Of a stretch of 64,000 nt of DNA, positions 1 through 13,884 are shown in pieces. The position numbers and the translations under genes are program-made. The notes under the pieces were generated by a model. The model was given only the letters and a program-made list of their open reading frames with translations, made no database searches and was not told the origin of the DNA. Where the stretch lies: the NCBI GenBank assembly GCA_030704615.1, contig CM060731.1, positions 5,952,001 through 6,016,000 of the forward strand, read 5' to 3'. The DNA is from Takakia lepidozioides. Its lineage: Eukaryota > Plantae > Bryophyta. The first letter of the stretch is position 1, and every line of letters starts with the position of its first letter.

Positions 1-1490
1 GTGGGAGAGGTAAATTGGGTTAATCGTGTGTTTGCGTAGTGCCGAAATCGGGTGACCCCCATCCAAGGGGCAAGGAAACTTGCGACTTCTTTGGGAGTTC
101 ACGTGCTAGTGCGCACCTGGCGCGTGCGCGTACTATAACTGCGCTACCGAGGGGGTTGCCTTGTAGTGCGGGCTAACGCGGAAGCTACGTGCTTCCGTTC
201 ACGTACTATAATCGTGTAGCCTCGGGACGAAGTCGTAGTTCGGCTTCGGCGTGTTCTCGTACCTCAAGCCAGCATTCCAAGGCGGACCCAATTGTAGTGA
301 TTGGGGCGCACGGTTGGTTCAAGGTTATCTTCCTAGTCAAAGAGGGTTCGAGGTGAACCCTTGCTCAAGATAATGCCAAAAGCGGCATCATGAGCGGTCG
401 CAAGCAATGTTGTTGCAGTAAGGCGATTCGATCCTCGGGGAGGATCGTTCCTTGGCCTTGAAGTAGGCCAAGAAGAGTGCACTGGGAGGAGCTGGAGAGG
501 CTCCACCCTTGGCCGGGACTTGGAGGAAGTCGGCCGAACTAGCTAGTGGAGAGTAGAGTCAAGTGTGGGGTTTGGTTCTTTGCCATGGGACGCCATGGTG
601 CGGAAACAAACTCCTTGATGTGGGACGCCACAACTTGGATGTTCGTTTCTACAAAATGGACAAGTCGATGAGGACATCGACTCCCTGTTGGTAGGGGTGT
701 GTGTCGCGGCCCTTCGCCTTGAGGGCAGGGGGTCGGGACACATGAGGGGCTGCCCCTGTAGTGGGGGCATCGGCAGTGATAGGTATGGGGGGCTGAAGCA
801 CCCTTGAGTGCCCAAGGCACTCAAGGAGGCGGAGGCGCTCACTAGGTGGAGCCCCGCACACCGGGTTGCGGTGGGGGTGGCTCCACAAGGGGTGGTGGTA
901 GCTTAGCGGGACTTAGTGGGGGTGGCATAGGACTCACCATGGGGGCGGAGACCTCGTGGTGGGAGTCGTGGGGAGTCTTGGGACTCATCACGGTCCATAG
1001 GGGCCGTGATGAGTGGCCAAGACTCACCGCGACTCATCACCGGGAGTCGAGGGTTTTCGTGGTGGTTCGCCATAAAATGGCATGGCTGGTTATGAAACCC
1101 CCACGGACAGCTACAGAAGTATATATAGGGAGTAGTAACCCCGAGAACGGTGCAAGCCCGTTGGTGACCAAAAACTAGTGAGTAAGCGAACGAGCCGGAA
1201 AACGACCAAAGAGTGGGGAGCTGTTCCGGACTGCCATCTACCAAAGGGAATTCTCCTAGTCCCAAATAGGTGGAGGGTTTAGAGGGAAGCGAAGGGGGAC
1301 CGTTATGTCCCGGTGAGCAGCCGAAGCTCCAAGTTGGCCCGGGCGGCCAGGTTGGGAGTCAGGCGCGCGCATCAAAGCGAGTAACTATGACTTGAAGGGG
1401 AGCTTACCGAAGTGAGATGCGCGACACATTGGCCAGCAACGGCTACCCACACAGGCGATCGAAAATGACTGGGGCTAGAAGGGCTTGACA
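1..1490. mobile_element. Probable end of an LTR retroelement (terminates ...CTTGACA) inserted into Mutator-like copy 1
   Basis: GC-rich sequence with a TATA-like ATATATAGG at ~1121 ends in TGACA at 1486-1490. The palindrome-rich Mutator-like sequence starts right after. No partner end in the window. Confidence 0.3.
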
Positions 1491-1999
1491 GAGAAGGTGC
1501 CACGACATCACGGGAAGAAATTGTGCTAAAACCACCGCCGTCCTAAAACCACCGACCTTGGTATTTCGGCGCCAAAATTCCCAAGGGCAGTGTGCTAAAG
1601 TGGTGTTTTGAAGACATCCACCGGGGTATTTCGGTGTCGAAATTTCCTTTTGACGAAATACCCAAGTGGAATGTGCTGAAGTGCCTTGTGCTGAAGGCTT
1701 CCATCGTGATATTTTGGTGCAGTAATTCTTTCGTGGAATTTTATAAGGCCCATATTATGAAGGCGCACATTGGGCTATTTCGGCGCCGAAATTCCCAATA
1801 GGAATGTTAGAAACGGCAGGGTTTTCATGGCTTCAAGTTCGCGGTTCGCTGGTGTGCATAAATTACTTGTAGGGTTATTTACTTAAGTTTGAGTCTATTC
1901 TGCTTTTATTATTACATTGTGGTTAGCGAAAGAAATGTAGGGAATCGGACATGCAGTCTGAACACAATGATTTTTGAAATCGTTAATATTTTCATTAAG

Positions 2000-3924
2000 T
2001 GTTTCAGAACTGTACAACAAAAGGATCCAAATGAGACTTTGCCATGGTGAGGATCCGCGATCACTGTCCGATGCATCCCTAGCCTCATGCAAGGATGATT
2101 GCCTTCCACCTGCCTCCGAACCTGCACTGCCGCTACCGCTGGAAAAAAAGGCTTCTGGGGACTCTCGATAAACGATTTTCTGGCAAAGAATGGCCGATGC
2201 GATTCTGTCTCCTCCTCTGCAACAGGGTCCGATTCGGGCAAGTCTCCCAGCATTTCCTCGTCAGACGACTCTGCAAGGCTGAGTGTACGCACAAACACAG
2301 AATGAAGTACATTAGAGCATTCAAACAGGGAATCATCGGCAGGTTGCATGGTCCCTACAACCGAAACCAATACACTTACTATGGTGTAACTCACTCGAAG
2401 ACAAGCATTGGAGGAAGCGGCTTCGGGCGCCCCTGCATCGTACGAATTTCCTGGACTTCCTCCTCTTCCTCTTCCTCGTCCCCTTCCACGTCCTCTTCTG
2501 CGTTTTTGGGATCCTCAGTCGGAGGCAGACGCTGTAGGCCCGCCAAATTGAAATCGTACAAGGCCGTATCCCCCTCAAATGAGAACACAAATCGGTTGGA
2601 CATCCTTTCAGCCCACATACAGGCACCTGCGAATTCATACGACACAACCACAGCCAAAGTCAAGAATGACTCGCTTCCTCGCGCAAGCAAACATACACAA
2701 TCGGAAACGGTGTCAATTTCGGTGCCGCAATCACTTAACGCTCTAACCTGTATTTGCAGTGACGTCGAGGACCCTGCCTTCAACATCCGTACACGTTTCC
2801 ATGAGCGTCTGGATGAATGTAGGACTCCTGGTCCTGCCATACCTCCAAGGCTTGCCCGACAAATCACAAAGCATGTCCTTCTCTCCCACATGGTTGAACA
2901 GGACGTTATACTCCAGTGGAACTGTGGAATCAACAAGTCTGCCTGCTTGACGTAATTGGAATTTTGAATGTTCCTTCATGAAGCAGAATGCCTGAAAGAT
3001 AAGAGTCTGCAAAGAAGGAAATGAGAACGTGAGAGGTGGCCTACACGTACATGGGCAATTTTGGCGCAGAAATTGGCAGAGCAGAGGAGAACCGCAGCAT
3101 ACCTTCTGACCATCGTTGGAAAGACCTTGCGTGTTGATGCAAGTCTAGATCTTTTTCAGGATGGGTGCTGCACTTCTCCCCGTCCATACTTTGATATCAT
3201 TCTCAGTGACTTCTCCATCGACTGCTAGCACAACAACACAGCCGTCGTCGTCCAACATGTTGGCTGCGAACCCGAATGTGTGGCTCCAGTATCTTTCGTC
3301 GTACTTGTTCCACCAGGGTAGTGAGCCCAGCCCCAGTATCTCCTGCCCATCCGGGATATCCACAAGGATCATGTCGATGGAGGCTTTCACCGCCCTGCCC
3401 CTGACTGTGCTCTTTTTGCCGTGGCTCATCGCCACAAAATACTCCATCATCTTTGTGTAGCCAGGAGTGTCCTCCATATCATTGCCAGTGGCCTTCCTCT
3501 TCCCCTTCCCCTGGTGGGCCTCGATCGCCTTCCTCAATCTCGTTTTCTCCAGCCTTCTGGTTAGAGCAGTTAGGAAATTTTCATTAACACACTCCACAAT
3601 TGTGGGTGTTTTGAGGACTTCCCTGCCCGCAATGTGCACCACACGGTAGGGTCTTCCAGGTGCATCCTCGTATAGTGATCTCTTCGCAGCCGAACCCCCG
3701 GAGCGCTGGCCCTTGTGAATTTTCGGACGAGGTGTGGCCCCCTGGGTGTTATCCTGCTGGAAATCGTCGTTGGAATCCTCGTCATCTGGCTGATTATGTT
3801 GCTGCTTCTTCTTCTTAGGTGTGGGGGTCTTCGTCTCTTGCCCCTATTTGCGCGTTCTTTTCTTCCTGTCCTTGGGCTGCTCAGCTGCTTGCTTCTCCAT
3901 CTGCTCCTTCGCCAACGCTGTCAT
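2000..3924 (-). pseudogene. Spliced beta-class (N4C/N6A-type) DNA amino-methyltransferase-like gene, copy 1
   Basis: N-terminal motif IV-like DMILVDIPDG, then LLDDDGCVVV-type strand, then RTRSPTFIQTLMETCTDVEGRVLDVTANT|GACMWAERMSNRFVFSFEGD (motif X/I-like, SAM binding) joined across a GT-AG intron ~2628-2747. Acidic tail. In-frame stop near 3845. The 3' exon limit is approximate. Confidence 0.65.
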
Positions 3925-4551
3925 AGGCAGGGGATTTTCATGGCGGTTGGGTTTCATGATGTGCGGATATTTCATTCAATGCCGGCTGCTCCGGGAACAA
4001 CATCCGGTGAACGGAACGGTATTTCGGTGCCGCAATTCGGATAAAGCGTTTTGTACTGGTGGCTTGAACAGGCACGCGTCGTGTTCCAATCGACTTCATC
4101 CGTGCGAACGTGTCAGGGGTCGCAATCTCTTCATCACCTATACGGCAGAAAGTGGTGGACGGTGGCAACGCTTCGGGAGACGTGGCTGCTTACGCATCTG
4201 CTCGTGCACAGTGGTTGCATGTTCCACCGCTTCGCTCTCTCGCTCCTTGCCCTTCTGCAGTGACATTCTCTTGCGTTTCCTCTCCTTATGCAGCATAGTG
4301 ATAGCATAGAGTTTGTGGAAGGTCAGGCGACTCCGGCAAAGAGAAGGAGGACGCGGGATTTTGGGAAGCCGCCGACGACACGACTTAAGCTCCGTCTCAT
4401 GCAAGAAATGCAGACCTCGTTATCCGGAGACTGAGATCGCCCACCAGTGAGAGATTCGTGCTTCGCGGACGTGAAGCACTCCATACGCACTATTGCTTTT
4501 ACACCTTTTTTTTTTTGCGTGCAGTGTGTCATGTTTTCCTGTTTGTTTGAC

Positions 4552-7340
4552 ATGGGAGCTGGGGAGGGATTGCAGGGGGGCGAGGCAACACAGTCAACTT
4601 TGGATACTCTTGCCCGGGTGCTGCGCTCGCAAGGTGGAAGTGCATCAAGGCAGGCGACTCCTCATTTAATACCTCAGATATCTCCTCAGAAAAGCCCACC
4701 TAGAGTCCGGAAGCCGAGGAAGCAGAAGGAGCCCATGGCTTCGCCAGTAAAACCACTAGGGAGACTGGAAGCGGAGATATTGGGTTTGCAGGCAGTTTCA
4801 CAAAACACGGATGCGGTGGAGGCCGCTGGAGATGTCGGACTCGGATCTGCAAAAGGGCGGCCCATTGAGCTGACAGAAGCAGAGGACGACAACGTGGTGC
4901 GACTTGACAACGATCAGAACCTGCTGGAGCTTGCGGAGGAGCAAAACCTCCAGGACAGTAGACAGGCTGGTGAGAGGGGTGAGGGAAGTGAGAGAGGTGA
5001 TAGAAGTAAGAAATTGATGGCGGGTATGCTCATGAGCGCACGAGACATGAACATAGCAGCAAACAGGTTGCTGGCAGAGACTCATAGCAACATAGGCCGC
5101 GTTTTGGGCTCCATGGTGTATCCGGAGAACCTCAAAGTTCCTTTGTGTCGCATGGTTAGCCTTCCAGTTGTAAGGCAAGCACTGCCAGGGGACATCGATC
5201 GACTGAAGCACAACTTCAGAGAGGGGTACAGACGGGGGTCGGCAACATTCTACGTTTCCATTGAGAATGACCAGGGTGTCACAAGGGGCCCCACTGCAAG
5301 GGAGCTTCAGAATTGGAGTCCCCACTGGCACACTGTAAATGCCGAGTTTGAAGCCTCTCTGAAGACTAATCCCACATTCGTACACATGGAAGGGAAGATG
5401 TTCTTCGTTTGGGACGGGAACCACGGGATGCTTGCCTGGACAGAGTACATTGCTGAAATGCATCCGCAAGATATCAATTGGCATTACATGGTGGACTGCA
5501 TTGTCGTGAAGGTGGACATGAGGGACAGAGGACTGCTGAAGGTGCCATGGCGGATATAAATCTGTAAGTATACAACTACATCCTTGTGTACTGCCTATTG
5601 CGGCGCCAAAATAGACAATGTTCTTGACTGTCATGCACTCTATGAACTGGAAATTGGATTGCTGTGCCGAAATCTGGTTATTTTTGTATCATATTTTCAT
5701 GTTGTTCATTTTTTTTTCCCTCCATGGCAGGGTAACAGAGAGGGCCTTCGTGGAAACTCATCTGGCACATACGCTCTACAGAGTGCAAGAAGTGGGAACA
5801 GCACCGCTGATGGACTTCCAAAAATCCCTCGATCCCGAGCTGTACAGGAAGTCCCTTGCGAAAACGGATCGCACCTGGTACCGACCAACACTGGACGCCA
5901 TGGTGGAGATCCTCTATTCGGTGAGGTTCATCTCAAATTTCCCGATTTAATGCTATTTGTTGCAGGGATCAGTGGCCTGACTGTATCCGCTGGGTATGGG
6001 AATGCAGACGAACATCAGGGATGATTTGGCCTATGCCAAAAGGCAGTTCTTTGAGAATGATGCCCCCAACAAGGCGGACGCGTCGTAGAGAGTCACATTG
6101 TGCAGGCAGGGAGGCAATCACGGACCAAGTACAGGTCCAAACTTGTTAAGCAAGTTGCAATCATTGACCCTGGTCTTGGTGCCGAGTTCCTGGCGGAGAT
6201 AGGACTGCATTACTCCAGACCCATGAAACCGGAAATGTCCATGGAGAAACTTCATCACATCGCAGTGTCCTGTGTTGAGCCGGCGGAGAAGGTAAGCATG
6301 TGTTTGTTCTTGTTTTGTGTCTTCTCGCGATTCTCATGATGAAGTTCTTATGTCTGACCGATGTTAGGCCATGCAGACGAGGTGGCTGCGAATCTGGAAC
6401 GGCCATACAAACACGAAGCTGTTGTACCACTTTCCCATCAAGCCAAGAGACGACAAAATAAACGACTGGCTCAATGTGATGACTTGGTGGCATCAGGTAT
6501 AATTTCCTCCTCTTCTGTGTGTTGGACATCATCGCAATTTCAAATTCATGAATGTTTTGGAAACCTGCACTGCTGCAGGTACTGACCCACGCCCAGGAGC
6601 AATTGGATTGCAACACCACCACTTGCAAGTTACAGATCGACTAGACGAAGCTTGAGACAATGGAGAACTACGTGCAGTCATGGCGAGGGCGCTTCGCAAA
6701 CCTCTTTTTCAGAGAAATTGCAAAGGCAAGACGCAGCGTATACATCGAAGAGCAGTGAGGGTGTGCCACAAAGCGGCAAAGCGTGTCCTGTTCAGGTAAT
6801 CTGCTGCCAATGCGTCCCCCTATTTGCAGTTATGATGATTTAGCTAAGCAGCGGTGGGTATTGCGGCGCCAAAATATACCTCTGCAAGATGTGAGTGCTG
6901 GGTAATTGGGGCACGGTCCACTATGTATTTCGGTGCCAAAATACCTTGTGCATTGAGAACTTCCTCTTGCATGATGCATCAGTAAAATGATTTTTGTTGA
7001 ACTGCCTCGTGATTGCAGGTACATAAACTTTGCACTCATTCCGTCCGGAGCCATTCAAAGGGTTCCACCATTCTTCCTGGCGTGGAGGACACCTGGAGGT
7101 CGTGGTACGATGTACACAGAAGTAATGGCGAAGGAGTGGCATGCCGTGCATTTGGTAGACTGTCCCTGGTATGTGGATCTCCCAAGTGGGACCGTTGACC
7201 TCTCGGAGGTTAACTTGAAGAAGGAAGCGAATGCCAGGGCTATGAAGGCGCAATCGGATCCCCAACCAGAGGACGCGGAAAGACTGAAAGCAGAGGAGGC
7301 AGCCAAGCAGAAATCACTGAGAAAGTCAACAGTCAGGTCG
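4552..7340 (+). pseudogene. Multi-exon ParB/Sulfiredoxin-fold domain gene, copy 1
   Basis: VPLCRMVSLPVVR...FFVWDGNHGMLAW (DGNHR in copy 3). Several GT-AG introns. Exon-by-exon similarity to 34194-36680 (e.g. IIDPGLGAEFL vs IVDPGLGPEFL). Frameshifts and stops present. Confidence 0.7.
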
Positions 7341-7359
7341 GTACGTTTCATCAGCGCAC

Positions 7360-8620
7360 GGATGAATTTCGGCGCCGAAATTCATCCTATGCAAGTGCTT
7401 TCATACACAAACTTATGAATTTCGACGCCGCACTTCATCGTTTCCCCAGTCCTCATCCGTCATGAGCAGACCTGTCAGTCGGATATCGGAGCCGGAATTA
7501 ATTCCGGGACAGTGGAGACGGCTGCACTTGGGCACATTTCATCCATATTCGGCGCCGAAATTCATCCAGCGCGAAGACTAATCGGCACTATGCTACGCTT
7601 TGCCGCCATCATTGCCCCTCACGGTTGTTGTCCATGCCTGTTGGACTTGTCATGTCTGGACAGTTAACTATAATTTCGGGGCGGGAATTATACTTTATGT
7701 GCTCCGTGCGAAAAATGACCACAATGGATACTGTCAGTTTCAAATGAAAACAACGGCTAAAATGCAAGTAATTTTCCCCCAACATGAAAAAATATCCCCG
7801 TTCGTCATTGGATAACGGCCTTTGTAAGACATAAGGGTTGAATGTGCCGACTTCTCCATTTAATGCAGAAAATATTCGTTATCTTCGTCGGAATGGGTTA
7901 TTTCAAACGAATTTGGAACATCACATCATCCAGAAGCAAAAGAAGTAAGTGTCGGGTTCGGACGAATTTCAGCGCCGAAATTCATCCGTCGCATAGAAAT
8001 ATAATATTAGATTACCATTGTAGAAAAATTTTATATTTTATATTCGATAATAGAATTCATATATTCATTAAGAATATATTTTGGAGGGTAATATATTAGT
8101 AATATATATAAATTATAGCAATTATACTTTAGAATATATATTAGAAATATTTATGAATATAGGAAAATTTATAATAGAAATATTTTTATTATATATATAT
8201 ATATATGCAGTAGACCAGGGAATATCGCATTTAGATATAAGATGAAGATAATGCATTTAATGCCGATATTCATTTATATATTATGTCATTCGGATGTCGA
8301 CACCGAAATCTGGAACGTGGTGATCATGACTGTAATCACGAACACATTCATCCGTAATTCGGCGCCGAAATTTTATGTGCAGAAACAATTTCATGAAGAA
8401 CATGTTCATCCGAATTTCGGCACCGAAATCCATCCGTCGGGTGCTTGCTCAGTTTCATGAGATGAACAAATTACGATTTCTTTCGCCGGAATTCATCCCC
8501 TGGCTTCCAAATCTGTTACATTACAGAGATGTTCATCCAGATTTCGGTGCCGAAATTCATGAGAAGGCCTGATTTATTGTAGCCCAACTGGTGGTACATC
8601 ACAATTCAGGCACCAAATAT
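7360..8620. repeat. Dispersed array of the palindrome GAATTTCGGCGCCGAAATTC around an AT-rich core with (AT)n
   Basis: Perfect 28-bp palindrome GGATGAATTTCGGCGCCGAAATTCATCC at 7360-7387. Degenerate copies at ~7418, 7483, 7547, 7672, 7966, 8290, 8357, 8413, 8480, 8541, 8604. Confidence 0.9.
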
Positions 8621-8807
8621 CCGATGTGAACTTGTTGTGGTCATCCGTATTTGTAACGTACATTACACACCTTCATCCATACGTGCACTGATCACCCATC
8701 CTGTTGGATACAGAATCCTCTAGAAAATGATTGTGGTATTATGTAGGACAAACTTTTCTTATTGCAGGACTTCGCTGCGGAGCGTACCGAGAGGTACCAT
8801 CTTCAAC

Positions 8808-11800
8808 ATGGACTCCCGTGTTTGGGTAAACGTGTACTTCCATCCTAATTCTCTGAAAGCTAAAATACCCTGCGACCAAGGATTTACGATTGTCACTGAG
8901 CAGTACTTGTGTGTGAAGTTCGGGCTCCGCCCTGGAACTGTGTTTTTGGAAGAGGAGACGAAGGATGCTTATGGAAATTTTCTGGAAAGTGTCGTCATTC
9001 TGCATGCAGATTTCGGAAAGGGCAAAGAGTGGCGGCTCCCAGCTTCTGAAACCATCCAGTACAGTGCAATTGGTGAAATCGTGCCTAAAGAGTTCCCACG
9101 CTGGAACTTGGTTGATCCTCCTTCCACAAGAGGGTCTGGCGTGCAAGATGTGAAGTCTGCCATGAAGGATGTGGGCACCTCTTCACAAGCAGAGAAGCCC
9201 AAACATGTGAAAAGGGAAATCCAGGAAAACAGGGAAACAGTCGTCCACGACTTATCCAATGACGATGAAGACTGTATGGTCCTTCCATCGTATGTTTCGA
9301 AGTCGTCCGTCACTAGGAGTGTTCAGAAGTCGGCAAACAATGAGCACACACCCTCCGACTCAACTTCCGTCCGCTCAGTAATCGACATATTGCGGAGGAT
9401 GAAGACAACGGGTTCCCGCTCCAGTGACCTTCTTAGGCTTGATTACGACAAAATTCCAATCCATTCTGTGGAAACTTTGCCTGATGTTGTGGATGGGAAT
9501 GCTATCTACGAGTTCCCTCCAGTGCCGGTAGGCGCAGGCCCAGACGGCATGCTAGCAGGAATGAACAAGAAACATGACGGCCACCCTTGGTGTGTCACCA
9601 AAACTTCATCGTCCAACCTGGGTGATGGAGTTCGAGTGAGATATGTATTGTGTGCTGGGCATCTTAAATGTTTCTCGAGCACATGTTACCATTACATGAG
9701 CAAAGGCACCCGGAATGAGACTGACTGGATTGGCACTTCGTCGACCCCATTTTGGCCTCAAGGTAGAGTTCCTGCAGGGACGTTCAAGTGTGCCCATTGC
9801 AACGCAGCCCCTACGTGTATGGCAGTGTGCAACGCCAAGCAGTACTACGTCGGGACCGTCGGCCCAGCGTGCACCAGAGCATGCATTCACATCGGAAAGC
9901 ATGACCACCCCGTCGCCAGAGGCAATTACAGAGTCGCTTTTCAACAAGCCCACGATATTATCAAGGAGGAGGTGAGGTTCAGACCGGGAGCAAAACCAAG
10001 GCAGATACAGCTCGCATCCGCACATAGAATTGCAATTGACAGAATAATGTCGGAGGACGGAAGCACAAGAGAGAAGCTAGGCGAGGGGGACATGAAGGAG
10101 CTCTAGAAGCCGTCTCCCATGTGTGCAGCCCCAATGTCAGGAACCACATTGTCGGCTGCAAGAAACGAATCGGAAGAGGATCAGACATGCACTCCATCTT
10201 GGAAGTGAAGCGCACATGCGGCTACGACTTCATCCAGGGCAGCTTCTTTCCTGGTCAAGGCTCAGAGACGGACAGGTGCTTCATATTTAAGATGTCAACA
10301 TGCGGACCCGGGAGCGGTGTCGATTTGGTGAAGCGGATGACCAGTGGAGACCTCTCAAATTGCTGGGTCATGTTCGACCACATTAGACGAATTACCAAAC
10401 ACGATTGGGTGACAATGGGGGCATGTGTATACGACCCACATTGCAGAAAGTTGATGACCATTGCTATCTGCGAAATGAAAGGAGAAGACACAGATTCGGA
10501 GTTGCATATGTGGCGCGGAATTAATGAGCAAATGGCGAGAGCGAAGTTGCAACCTCCCGATTTTAGGGGCTTCATGGCTGACAATGCCCAGGCAAACTTG
10601 GCTGCAGTGACGAGGGTATATGGGGACGACCCAAAGACTCCAATGGAAGGTAAGGAGAGATCTTGCGGGTTCCACTTCATGCAGAGTTTGACGCAAAACA
10701 CGAAAAGGTTCGTGGCGTCACGCCACCGGCAGGATCATATCAGTATGTGCCTTGCGTGGAAAAATACGAATTCCATCGTCGAGGCGGAGACCGAGTTTGC
10801 AACCATACGCGCCTGGTGGGTGTCTTCAGGGGCAGTGGATGTGAAAGATCAGCCAGAACTGCAAACGTGGCTTGCGTGGTGGCACTATAGATTCCGCCAG
10901 TTTGGAGACTACATGAGACAGATAACACATTTTTGTACTTGACAATTGTTCTGTTTTGTGCTTGGACATTCTCCACAATGAGTGACATTTCTAATTTCCT
11001 TCAACAGGACATGAGCTTGGAGGATGACACGGATATGCCGACGACAAACATGGCCGAATCGGTGCACTCTTCCTGGAGTGCTTCCTCTGCAGCACATCTC
11101 GTTGACATGTTGACAGCACACAGAAGATATTGTGAGGGCCATCATGCAATAATCTGGTTACTACCAGTTTCTGGGAGGAAAGCAATGGGGTATCGGACCA
11201 GACAGGCAAGAGATGTTGATGAGGGCGGCGCATCGTTCGACCGATCCCAAAAAATGGACTCCTTCATTGCGGGAAACAATAAGGTCAACGCCGTTACACA
11301 GTTGGGGGAACTGCCTGGAGGGCAATGTCCGCAGCCGGGCGGTGAAGAGAAGAATTGAGGACATGCCCGGAGGCAACGGGGATTCATGGAGATCAGATAT
11401 GAACATCCGCACTCAACCTCAGGGCGCAACGATGTTATGCCCCACGCCTCCTCCCGGCAGCATCCATGGAATCGCTGCCAGACTCGGGACATCATGCCGA
11501 GGATGAGCATGCTGCTCCTACTATCGTTACCCAATACAACATTCCAATCGTGGAGCGAGATGTGTCGGCCTCGCAGTGGAGAATTGCATGGACTCGTCCA
11601 TCATTTCGTGGTAAATGTTGTGCTGTTCGTGTCGACACCAACCAAAGATGCAATGAGATGATTCGGAGGAGCCCGCAGGGCGGTGTGCCTGCCCTTGCTT
11701 CCCAGGGAGATTTGTGTGCGCAAAGTTTATGGAGGCCACACTGAATGAGTTTTGGTTTTGCAGGCACGACATCATGTCGTGTGTGTTCGGCAAGCCCAAG

Positions 11801-12397
11801 TATGGTGTACAAGGCATGCCTGAACCACCAGCAGTCTACTGGTACAGATCTTACCCTGGAGGAGGCAGACGCTCTAGGAAGTGCAGGGTTTTGACTGGTG
11901 GAGAGGACAGACGTTCCACAAAATCCAATTCCCAGTCGTCATCCTCCTCCCACGAGAAGCTCTTCACCCCGCATACCGGTGGTAACCCCGCAGCTTGGCC
12001 CACCCATCGGTGGGGGAAACTGAAAAGACGGCGGCCACCAACAAAGACTAACGACACCATGATGGCCAACGCTATTGCAATGCCCTGCATAGTGCAAGGT
12101 TGCAGGGATGTTCCTCACCCTGGGATGGGGCGCATATTTAAGTTGTCAACAACCGGGTCTGCTGTGCGCAATGTCATGTATGCAATCACGGTTTCTCAGT
12201 ACGCAGCCTGCAACTGTGAGGACTTCCTTGTTATGGAATCAAAGAATGCAACATACGTCCCCTGCAAACACCTTTATTACATTTTTCTGAAGCGCATGAG
12301 TTGCATATCTGTAGTGGACGTTTTCATCCATGCTCTAACACTGAGCTTCAACGAGCTGCACAAGGCCCTACGGCAGGATACAGGTCGGACTGCTTGA
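8808..12397 (+). pseudogene. Mutator-like DDE transposase with N-terminal GCM-like Zn domain and C-terminal SWIM finger, copy 1
   Basis: KHDGHPW...CAGHLKC...C...CAHC...C...CIHIGKHDHP (GCM-like); WVMFDH, GFMADN, CGFH, TTNMAESVH (D, D, CxxH, E of MULE); CNCEDF...PCKHLY (SWIM). Stop at 10104-10106, intron ~10920-11008, frameshifts. Confidence 0.8.
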
Positions 12398-13078
12398 TAT
12401 TCCACATTCGGGGAGGAGAAAGTGGCAATAATATTACATTCATCTTCTTGCACCCTATTTTTTTGTGAGGAATTATACACTTGGTGGTGCCGCACCGCCA
12501 TGGCTTCAGGTGCATTTCAGTGCCATAATACATGAGAATGTGATTTTTGGCCGTGAATGGCATGGGCATGTTTTTTTAATTTTGGTTATGTCTATTAATG
12601 GATCTGAGGAAAGCATACATTGTGTGGAGATACACGAGCATTGTGGCCTATTAGTGGCATTGTGGCATCAGCGCCGTTATTGGTCTGTATACTGCATAGT
12701 GCTTCTTTGTTACTGCTCTTCATTCATTTTGTGGTGATTTCGCAGCCCATCCTGGCGTTTTCGTCCACCTTTATGAGAAGACTCCAATTTGCTACCAATA
12801 CATTGTCAGTGTTCTGCAAATGTGATGCCTTTACAAGATTGCTAGTTCTGTGTCCCAGTGGGAAGGGTCCTACTGCACATTCCAGCATTTGCATACTGCA
12901 CCTTGTGCAAACAGCAATCCATACGACAAAGGACACGTCCCAACATACTGGCAGTGAATTGCAAAAAACCTTAACAAAAGATTATCCAAGCATGTATATT
13001 CCCCATATGGCACAGGGAAGCTACTTGATTTATGAATCAAAATGTATGTGCGATGAGTGTCGGCGAGTCAAAACATGT

Positions 13079-13648
13079 CTACTCTAGCATGCATGACCTA
13101 TGGTCCCTCGCCCAAGAAGAAGGAACTCGAACTGGCCTCTCAAGGACCTCCTGAGTGACCGGGTGCCGATATTTGAACAAAATGTCAGCGGTTTCTGTCG
13201 CCCGATTGAAACTAACGTGGATGTCGTGTTTATCGATAGCGCCCCCTTTGTAGAAGGACATTTTCACAGTGGGCCCTGTGTTCCCCTCCTCCTCATCCTC
13301 ATAACTGAAGAGAATGTCCCCACTTTCCGAGCCAGTCCGTCCACGCGTGAAGTTTTCACCTATGCACTCATCATACGTCCACTCGCAACAATTCCAGCGA
13401 TATAGCAACGCTGTGCGTGATCTGTTCGGCTCCCACTCAAGAGGAAAGTCCAGGTCCATGATGCGTAGGAACCACCTGCTCCCCAGCCGGGGTCCAGGAG
13501 AATCGTGCAATCTTGGAAGAAACTCCATTGCTCTCAGCTGGACAAGTCGAGGATCGTCCCTGTAAACATCTAGGAAGACAATGACGTCGTCTGCTTTCGG
13601 GACAATGACTCCCGTCTGGCGTCGATAGATGTGATTCGGGCACGACAT
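13079..13648 (-). CDS. Orphan ~190-aa accessory protein of the Mutator-like family
   Basis: Intact ORF. Clear homologue at 29300-29336+43126-43659 (shared EF/YLPxLHD, WxLRIxDLxFP, SRTA, CCxWxYxxCIG, GDILxSYEDE, YRHPVxxExxERPxxVPxSW). Confidence 0.75.
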   Translation of the reverse strand: MSCPNHIYRRQTGVIVPKADDVIVFLDVYRDDPRLVQLRAMEFLPRLHDSPGPRLGSRWFLRIMDLDFPLEWEPNRSRTALLYRWNCCEWTYDECIGENFTRGRTGSESGDILFSYEDEEEGNTGPTVKMSFYKGGAIDKHDIHVSFNRATETADILFKYRHPVTQEVLERPVRVPSSWARDHRSCMLE

Positions 13649-13884
13649 GGCCTCACGACACAGCAAGAACTCAGAGCAGGGAGGAGATGGGCACAACAAA
13701 GAAGAGTGAAGAGCAAAATGAGAGCGAGGCCGACGGAAGAGGGATATATCATTGCTGCACTGCCAATGTCGTATGCGGCAGAACTTCTATTTCCTCCGAC
13801 ATGTGTGCTTTTATTAGACAAATCCGCACCAGTTTCAAGAGAGTTTGCAAAACTCCCTCACCCTAAGGCGGGTATTTGCTCTCC

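Noticed and set aside
539-1265. Short Pro/Gly-rich ORFs
   Set aside because: No recognisable domain; overlapping frames in GC-rich repeat DNA.
4552-7340. Bacterial contamination or prophage suggested by ParB and MTase
   Set aside because: The genes have spliceosomal GT-AG introns and sit inside eukaryotic transposon TIRs.
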